From Thermoplasmatota archaeon (lineage in GTDB: Archaea > Thermoplasmatota > Thermoplasmata > UBA10834), in the NCBI GenBank assembly GCA_040751795.1, contig JBFMHR010000003.1, positions 192,001 through 256,000 of the forward strand: a DNA stretch of 64,000 bases, given 5' to 3'. The notes beneath the pieces were generated by a model. The model was not told the DNA's origin. It worked only from the letters and a program-made list of their open reading frames with translations, and made no database searches. This document shows positions 57,986 to 64,000 of this stretch, in pieces. The number at the start of each line of letters is the position of its first letter. Positions within the stretch are counted from its first letter, which is position 1. Made by a program: the position numbers and the translations under genes.

Positions 57986-59269
57986 ATGCTGGCCTTCGAG
58001 ATCTCAAGGTTATCCGACGAGGAGCGGAGGAGGCTGGTCTCCAGGGAGGGGGTGGACCTGTCCGCCCCGCTCGCCGCCGCTGCGGCCATAGTCGGCCGTG
58101 TCCGGAGCGGGGGCGACCAGGCCCTGCTCGCATGCGCCAGGGAGTTCGACTCGTTCACTGGCGGCCCGCTCCGCGTCCCGGAGGCCGAGCTGCTGGCCGC
58201 CATGGACCGCCTGCCGGCGGAGCTGATGGACGCGATGGTCGCATGCAAGGAGCGAATCGAGAAGTTCCACTCCGAGCAGGTGTTCAGACCCTTCGAGTAC
58301 ATCGACGAATCAGGTTCGTTCGGGCAGAAGGTCGTGCCGTTGGACAGGGTCGGCGTCTACGTCCCTGGAGGGACGGCGGACTACGCTTCCTCGGTGTTGA
58401 TGGCGTGCGTGCCCGCGCGCGTCGCGGGCGTCCCGGAGATAGTCCTGTGCACGCCCGCGAGGGGAGGCCGCGTCGGGGACGCCGTCCTCGCAGCGGCAGG
58501 CCTCTGCGGGGTGCGCGAGGTCTACTCCGTGGGGGGAGCACAGGCGATTGCGGCGATGGCCTACGGGACGGAGACGATCCCCCCGGTCAGGAAGATCGTC
58601 GGCCCCGGGGGCGCGTTCGTGACCGCCGCCAAGCTCCTGGTTAGGAACGACTGCGAGATCGACTTCCTCGCAGGGCCGTCCGAGGTCCTCGTCGTCGCCG
58701 ACGGCGGGGCCGACCCGCTCCTGCTGGCGGCCGAGATGCTAGCCCAGCTGGAACACGATCCGCTCGCCCGCGCGGTCCTCGTGTCGACCTCCAGCGACGC
58801 ACTCCAGGCGACGGCCAGGAGGCTGCGGGAGCTGACGGGGTCGGCGTCCAGGCGGAGCACGGTGGAGGCCGCCTCCAGGGAGGGCGCGGTGTTCCTCCTC
58901 GCCAAGGACCTCGACGAGGCCCTCGCGTTCTCGAACGAGTACGCGCCCGAGCACCTCGTCCTGGACGTCTCCTCGCCCAGGGAGGCGCTCGGGAAGGTGA
59001 CGAGCGCCGGCTCGGTCTTCGTGGGGCGCCGCTCCTCCGTGGCCTTCGGGGACTACTGCGCGGGGCCGAACCACATCCTCCCGACCAAGGGCACGGCCTC
59101 CGCCAGGTCGTCCCTCTCGACATACGACTTCATGAAGGTCATCCCCTACCAGGAGCTGACGGCGTCCGGTGCCTCGAGGCTCGCCCCGCTGGCCGAGCGG
59201 ATGGCGATGGCCGAGGGCCTGCCAGGGCACGCGCAGGCGGCCCGCCTCAGGAAGGAGGTGGGCATGTGA
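57986..59269 (+). CDS. hisD: histidinol dehydrogenase
   Basis: GVYVPGG, GGAQAI, AGPSE, QLEHD, APEHL, GDY, NHILP. Confidence 0.97.
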   Translation: MLAFEISRLSDEERRRLVSREGVDLSAPLAAAAAIVGRVRSGGDQALLACAREFDSFTGGPLRVPEAELLAAMDRLPAELMDAMVACKERIEKFHSEQVFRPFEYIDESGSFGQKVVPLDRVGVYVPGGTADYASSVLMACVPARVAGVPEIVLCTPARGGRVGDAVLAAAGLCGVREVYSVGGAQAIAAMAYGTETIPPVRKIVGPGGAFVTAAKLLVRNDCEIDFLAGPSEVLVVADGGADPLLLAAEMLAQLEHDPLARAVLVSTSSDALQATARRLRELTGSASRRSTVEAASREGAVFLLAKDLDEALAFSNEYAPEHLVLDVSSPREALGKVTSAGSVFVGRRSSVAFGDYCAGPNHILPTKGTASARSSLSTYDFMKVIPYQELTASGASRLAPLAERMAMAEGLPGHAQAARLRKEVGM

Positions 59270-60330
59270 CCTCGGCCGGAGAGCTCAGGCGCCGGACCCT
59301 CGAGAGCCTGTCGCGCCCGTCCTACTCGATAGCGAGCAGGGACATGCTCCTCCTGAACGACAACGCCAACCTGTTCGGGACGAACCCGGCCGTCGCGGAG
59401 GTCGCGGGGTCCTTCGACTTCGCGAGGCTCTGGGCGTACCCCAGCGAGAACTCGGACTCCCTCAGGGAGAGGATCGCGTCCGAGTTCGGCGTGGACGCAG
59501 GGGAGGTCATCGTGGGGAACGGGTCGGACGAGCTGCTCGACATGGCGTGCAAGTGCTTCATCAACCCCGGGGACGCGTTCTGCTCCCCCTCCCCGACCTT
59601 CAGCATGTACAGGTTCTACGCGCGGGTCAACCTCGCCAGGATCGTGGAGAAGCCCCTCGGACCGGGGTTCGCCCTCGATGCGGGGCCGATACTGTCGGAG
59701 GGGGCCAAGCTGACCGCCCTGTGCCAGCCGAACAACCCGACGGGGAACCTGTTCGACGCGCGCGAGGTGTCCAGGGTGCTGTCCGAGTCGGCGGGCGTGG
59801 TCCTCCTCGACGAGGCGTACGCCGACTTCTGCGGCTCGGACATGCTCCGGGAGGCGCTCTCCGCCCCTTGCGCCATAGACACGCGGACGCTGTCGAAGGC
59901 GTACGGCATGGCCGGCCTGCGGGCCGGCTTCGCCATGGCGAGGAAGGAGGTCGTCGACGAGCTGCGGAGGGTGCGCACGCCCTTCGGCCTGAACTCGTTC
60001 ACCGAGGCGGTCGCCATCCGGGCGATGGACAACGGGCGGTGGGTGGAGGAGAAGGCCGCCGAGATGAGGAAGGAGAGGGAGCACCTCCGGTCGCGGATGG
60101 ACGCCATGGGCTTCCGGCCGCTCCCATCGGAGTGCAATTTCGTCACGGCCAGGTGCCCGGCGGAGGGCACCCCGTTCGTTGCGGCGCTGAGGGCGAGGGG
60201 GGTCGCGGTGAGGGACTGCAGCTCGATGCCGATGCTCGAGGACCACATCCGGGTCACGGTGGGGCCGAGGTGGATGATGGACAGGTTCGTCGCCGAGGCC
60301 GAGTCGGTCATATCGGGTGGTGCGCCATGA
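59266..60330 (+). CDS. hisC: histidinol-phosphate aminotransferase
   Basis: GNGSDE, PNNPTG, DEAY, RTLSKAYGMAGLR. Confidence 0.96.
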   Translation: MTSAGELRRRTLESLSRPSYSIASRDMLLLNDNANLFGTNPAVAEVAGSFDFARLWAYPSENSDSLRERIASEFGVDAGEVIVGNGSDELLDMACKCFINPGDAFCSPSPTFSMYRFYARVNLARIVEKPLGPGFALDAGPILSEGAKLTALCQPNNPTGNLFDAREVSRVLSESAGVVLLDEAYADFCGSDMLREALSAPCAIDTRTLSKAYGMAGLRAGFAMARKEVVDELRRVRTPFGLNSFTEAVAIRAMDNGRWVEEKAAEMRKEREHLRSRMDAMGFRPLPSECNFVTARCPAEGTPFVAALRARGVAVRDCSSMPMLEDHIRVTVGPRWMMDRFVAEAESVISGGAP

Positions 60331-60926
60331 GGGTCGCCATCGTGGACTACGGCGTCGGCAACCTCCACAGCATCTCGAAGGGCCTCGAGCGCGCGGGCGC
60401 CTCGGTGGAGGTTGTCCCGGACGCCTCCCGCCTGGAGGGTGCGGAGTGCCTGGTGTTCCCGGGCGTCGGCGCGTTCGGCGCGGCGACGGAGCGGATCAGG
60501 CCTGCGATGCCGGCCATCCGCGACGCCATCTCGTCCGGCACCCCGGTCCTCGGCATATGCCTCGGCATGCAGGTCATGTTCGAGCGGAGCGAGGAGTCAC
60601 CGGGCGAGGGCCTGGGCACGTTCAGGGGCGATGTGAGGCGGCTGAGGGCCGATAGGGTCCCGCACATGGGGTGGAACGAGGTCTCCCACTGCGGGGACCC
60701 GCTGTTCGAGGGGGTTCCGCAGGGGGCGAGGTTCTACTTCGCCAACTCCTACGTCTGCCACCCCATGGAAAAAGTCGGAATAGCAGATACGCGATACGGT
60801 GAGACGTTCACCTCCGCGGTCAGGAAGGGGCGCGCGTTCGGCGTCCAGTTCCACCCTGAGAAGAGCGGGGAGGTCGGGCTGAGGCTGCTGAGGAACTTCG
60901 TCGGGTTGGCAGAGGGTTCAGGATGA
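60327..60926 (+). CDS. hisH: imidazole glycerol phosphate synthase glutaminase subunit
   Basis: DYGVGN, PGVGAF, GICLGMQ, PHMGWN, QFHPEKS. Confidence 0.97.
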   Translation: MRVAIVDYGVGNLHSISKGLERAGASVEVVPDASRLEGAECLVFPGVGAFGAATERIRPAMPAIRDAISSGTPVLGICLGMQVMFERSEESPGEGLGTFRGDVRRLRADRVPHMGWNEVSHCGDPLFEGVPQGARFYFANSYVCHPMEKVGIADTRYGETFTSAVRKGRAFGVQFHPEKSGEVGLRLLRNFVGLAEGSG

Positions 60927-61633
60927 AGGTCATACCAGCGTTGGACATCAGGGGCGGCAAGTGCGTGCAGCTGGTCGGCGGGAAGCCTGGGACCGAGCAG
61001 GTCCAGATAGACGACGTCCTGGGCGTCGCGAGGAGGTGGCAGGAGGAGGGCGCCGAGATGCTGCACGTGGTCGACCTCGACTCGGCCATGGGGGCCGGCA
61101 ACAACGAGGCCCTCATCGAGATGATCATCGGCGACCTGGCCATCCCCGTGCAGGCGGGCGGGGGCATCAGGACCGAGGAGAAGGCCCAGAGGCTCTTCGA
61201 GATCGGGTGCGAGAGGGTCATAGTCGGCACCAGGGCGGTCCAGGACCCGGGCTTCATCGCCTCGCTCGCGTCCAAGTTCCCCGGCGACGTGGTCGTCGCG
61301 GTGGACTCCGCCTCGGACCAGGTTCTCATCAAGGGGTGGCAGGAGAGCTCGGGCAAGGGCACGGTCCCGGTGGTCAAGGAGCTCGAGCAGTACGACATCT
61401 GGGGCTTCCTCTACACGAACGTCGAGGTGGAGGGCAGGCTCCAGGGCATCAACCCCAGCCTCGTGAAGGGCTTCATCGGCCTGACGCACAAGCCGGTGAT
61501 AGTCTCCGGCGGGTTCACGACCGCGGCGGACCTGGCGATGGTCAAGGCGATGGGCGCGGACTCCGTCGTCCTCGGCATGTCGATCTACACGGGCAAGATA
61601 GACTTCAGGAAGGCGGTCAGGGAGTTCAGGTGA
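60923..61633 (+). CDS. hisA: ProFAR isomerase
   Basis: [25 protein letters not shown]. Confidence 0.96.
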   Translation: MKVIPALDIRGGKCVQLVGGKPGTEQVQIDDVLGVARRWQEEGAEMLHVVDLDSAMGAGNNEALIEMIIGDLAIPVQAGGGIRTEEKAQRLFEIGCERVIVGTRAVQDPGFIASLASKFPGDVVVAVDSASDQVLIKGWQESSGKGTVPVVKELEQYDIWGFLYTNVEVEGRLQGINPSLVKGFIGLTHKPVIVSGGFTTAADLAMVKAMGADSVVLGMSIYTGKIDFRKAVREFR

Positions 61634-62196
61634 GTGTCTTGGCAGCGAGGGAGGCGGACGTCGTCAGGGAGACGAGGGAGACCAGGGTCGAGGTCAGGCT
61701 GAGGCTCGACGGCCCGGGCGAGGCCAAGGCGGCCGTCCCCGACGAGTTCCTGAGGCACATGGTCGAGACCCTCTCGAAGTACTCCGGCGCCGACATCGAG
61801 TTGACGGCGAAGGGGGACCTGGCCCACCACCTGATAGAGGACGTGGCGATAACCCTGGGGCGCGCGTACCGGCAGGCGATGGGCGACGCCCCCGTGAGGC
61901 GGATCGCGAGCGCCACGGTCCCCATGGACGAGGCCCTGGTGCAGGTCACGGTCGACCTGGTCGACAGGCCGTACGCGCACCTGGAGGTGCCGGACGTGAT
62001 GTACGAGCACTTCCTGCGGTCCTTCGTCATGGAGCTACGCGCGACGGTCCACACCATCGTCATCAGGGGGAAGGACGGCCACCACATAGTGGAGGCCACT
62101 TTCAAGGCGCTCGGCCTCGCGCTCAAGGAGGCCATGCGGCCGAGCGAGTCGCTCGTCTCCACCAAATCGGACGTCGTATGGGGGACCCCAAGATGA
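61630..62196 (+). CDS. hisB: imidazoleglycerol-phosphate dehydratase
   Basis: RETRET, HHLIED, PMDEAL, HHIVEA.FK, STK. Confidence 0.95.
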   Translation: MSVLAAREADVVRETRETRVEVRLRLDGPGEAKAAVPDEFLRHMVETLSKYSGADIELTAKGDLAHHLIEDVAITLGRAYRQAMGDAPVRRIASATVPMDEALVQVTVDLVDRPYAHLEVPDVMYEHFLRSFVMELRATVHTIVIRGKDGHHIVEATFKALGLALKEAMRPSESLVSTKSDVVWGTPR

Positions 62197-62957
62197 CCCT
62201 CACCAAGAGGATAATACCGTGCCTGGACGTGAAGGAGGGCGCGGTCGTCAAGGGCGTGTGCTTCAGGGACCTGAGGCAGGTGGGGGACCCGCCGACGCTC
62301 GCGGTCGAGTACCAGGCGCAGGGGGCGGACGAGATCGTGTTCCTCGACGTGAACGCCTCCGTCGCGGGGACCAGGACGATGCACGAGGCCGTCCAGAGGA
62401 CGGCGGAGCGGCTGTTCGTCCCCCTCACCGTCGGCGGCGGGATCCGCTCCTTCGAGGACGTGAGGAGTACGCTCAAGGTAGGGGCCGACAAGACCTCGAT
62501 CAACACCGCCGCGGTGCTCGACCCGTCCCTCATCTCGAGGTGCGCGGAGGCGTTCGGCAGCCAGTGCGTCGTCCTCGCCCTCGACGCGAAGAGGTCCGGC
62601 GACTCATGGGAGGTCTACACCCACTCCGGGACCAGGCCGACCGGCCTGGACGCGGTCGCATGGGCCGAAGACGCGGTCGCGAGGGGCGCGGGCGAGATAC
62701 TCCTCACGAGCATGGACGCGGACGGCACCAAGGCAGGGTACGACTTAGAGCTGACGAGGGCGGTCGCGAGGGCCGTCCGCGTGCCCGTCATAGCCTCCGG
62801 CGGCTGTGGCTCGGTCGAGGACATGGTCGAGGTCCTGACCGAGGGCGAGGCCGACGCCGCCCTCGCCGCATCCATATTCCACTACGGGCAGCACACCGTG
62901 GCGGAGGTCAAGAGGGCCTTAGAGGCGGAGGGAGTACCGGTGAGGTGGGGCTCGTGA
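62193..62957 (+). CDS. hisF: imidazole glycerol phosphate synthase cyclase subunit
   Basis: [40 protein letters not shown]. Confidence 0.97.
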   Translation: MTLTKRIIPCLDVKEGAVVKGVCFRDLRQVGDPPTLAVEYQAQGADEIVFLDVNASVAGTRTMHEAVQRTAERLFVPLTVGGGIRSFEDVRSTLKVGADKTSINTAAVLDPSLISRCAEAFGSQCVVLALDAKRSGDSWEVYTHSGTRPTGLDAVAWAEDAVARGAGEILLTSMDADGTKAGYDLELTRAVARAVRVPVIASGGCGSVEDMVEVLTEGEADAALAASIFHYGQHTVAEVKRALEAEGVPVRWGS

Positions 62958-63538
62958 CCGCGGAGGAGGGGAAGGGGCTGACCCCCGTGGTCGTCCAGGA
63001 CGTGCGGAACAACAACGTCCTGATGCTGGCCTACATGAACGACGAATCTCTAGAGCTGACGAGGAGAACCGGCTACATGCACTACTGGAGCCGCTCCAGG
63101 AACGCCATATGGAAGAAGGGCGAGACGTCCGGCAACCTCCAGAAGGCCGTGGAGATCCTGACGGACTGCGACGGGGACGCCCTGCTGGCCAGGGTCGAGC
63201 AGACCGGGGTCGCGTGCCATACGGGCGCCTACTCGTGCTTCGCGGAGGCCCCCATCGAACAGAGGGACGTCCTCGCCGAGCTATGGGGCGTGTTCGCCGA
63301 GCGCAAGGCCTCCCAGTGCGGGTCCAGCTACACGTGCAAGCTCATGAACGACAGGAACCTCCTCCTGAAGAAGATCGCGGAGGAGAGCTCCGAGGTGATC
63401 ATAGCCGCGAAGGACGGGGAACGCCCGCAGGTGGTGTACGAGGCCGCCGACCTGCTCTACCACCTCATGGTGCTGCTCTTCGACGAGGGCATCACGATGG
63501 ACGAGGTCAAGAAGGAACTGGAGGGACGAAGGAGATGA
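62954..63538 (+). CDS. hisIE: bifunctional phosphoribosyl-AMP cyclohydrolase/phosphoribosyl-ATP pyrophosphatase
   Basis: [25 protein letters not shown]; SYT, KKIAEE..E, ADLLYH. Confidence 0.96.
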   Translation: MTAEEGKGLTPVVVQDVRNNNVLMLAYMNDESLELTRRTGYMHYWSRSRNAIWKKGETSGNLQKAVEILTDCDGDALLARVEQTGVACHTGAYSCFAEAPIEQRDVLAELWGVFAERKASQCGSSYTCKLMNDRNLLLKKIAEESSEVIIAAKDGERPQVVYEAADLLYHLMVLLFDEGITMDEVKKELEGRRR

Positions 63539-64000
63539 GGGCCAGGAGATGCGACTTCCACATGCACACGACGCTCAGCGACGGGGACCTGCTGCCGATG
63601 GAGCTCATAAGGAGGGCCGCCGCGTCGGACCACCGGGCGGTCGCCCTGACCGACCATGCCTCCTTCTCCAACATCGAGTTCGTGGTCAAGTCCCTGGCAA
63701 GGGACTGCGAGAAGGCGGAGAGCTGGGGCATAGAGGCGGTCCCAGGGGTGGAGCTCACCCATGTCCCCGTGAGGCACATCGACGAGGCCGTCTCCCTCGC
63801 GAGGAAGAAGGGCGCGGAGATCGTCGTGGTCCACGGGGAGACGCCGGTCGAGCCCGTCGAGCCCGGGACCGACCACGCCGCCGCCTCGAACCCGGAGGTG
63901 GACATACTCGCCCACCCGGGGATGATCTCGGAGGAGGACGTGCAGCTCGCGGCGGGCAACGGCGTCTACCTCGAGGTCTCCTGCAGGAAGGGCCACTCCC
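63535..64000 (+). CDS. PHP-domain protein, candidate histidinol-phosphate phosphatase (partial, runs off window end)
   Basis: Not in the ORF track; [37 protein letters not shown]; ATGA overlap with hisIE. Confidence 0.88.
   Translation, partial: MRARRCDFHMHTTLSDGDLLPMELIRRAAASDHRAVALTDHASFSNIEFVVKSLARDCEKAESWGIEAVPGVELTHVPVRHIDEAVSLARKKGAEIVVVHGETPVEPVEPGTDHAAASNPEVDILAHPGMISEEDVQLAAGNGVYLEVSCRKGHS

Overview
High-GC archaeal chromosomal segment, most consistent with Thermoplasmatota (archaeal class III pilin and T2SS/T4P ATPase, aTrm56, Elp3, Cdc48/VAT, Sec61beta, BHB-intron tRNA, TATA/BRE promoters). It is mostly housekeeping: purM, rlmE, Lhr helicase, enolase, trxB/trxA, POR operon, class II lysS, a complete his operon ending in a PHP phosphatase, three tRNAs and two ABC systems. 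No CRISPR array, transposase or integrase is visible. The most interesting items are: (1) a coupled two-gene TPR system whose second protein joins a catalytically dead Mrr-like nuclease fold, many TPRs and a SAP DNA-binding motif; (2) an operon pairing a NifV/LeuA-like synthase and a LeuC/LeuD-like dehydratase with a true NADP-isocitrate dehydrogenase, suggesting a Re-citrate route to 2-oxoglutarate; (3) an orphan HdrA whose MvhD domain has lost all its cysteines; (4) a circularly permuted ABC binding protein; (5) a Zn-ribbon/HhH/coiled-coil/KaiC-like protein; (6) several apparent non-canonical start codons. All calls come from manual motif recognition; no database searches were run.
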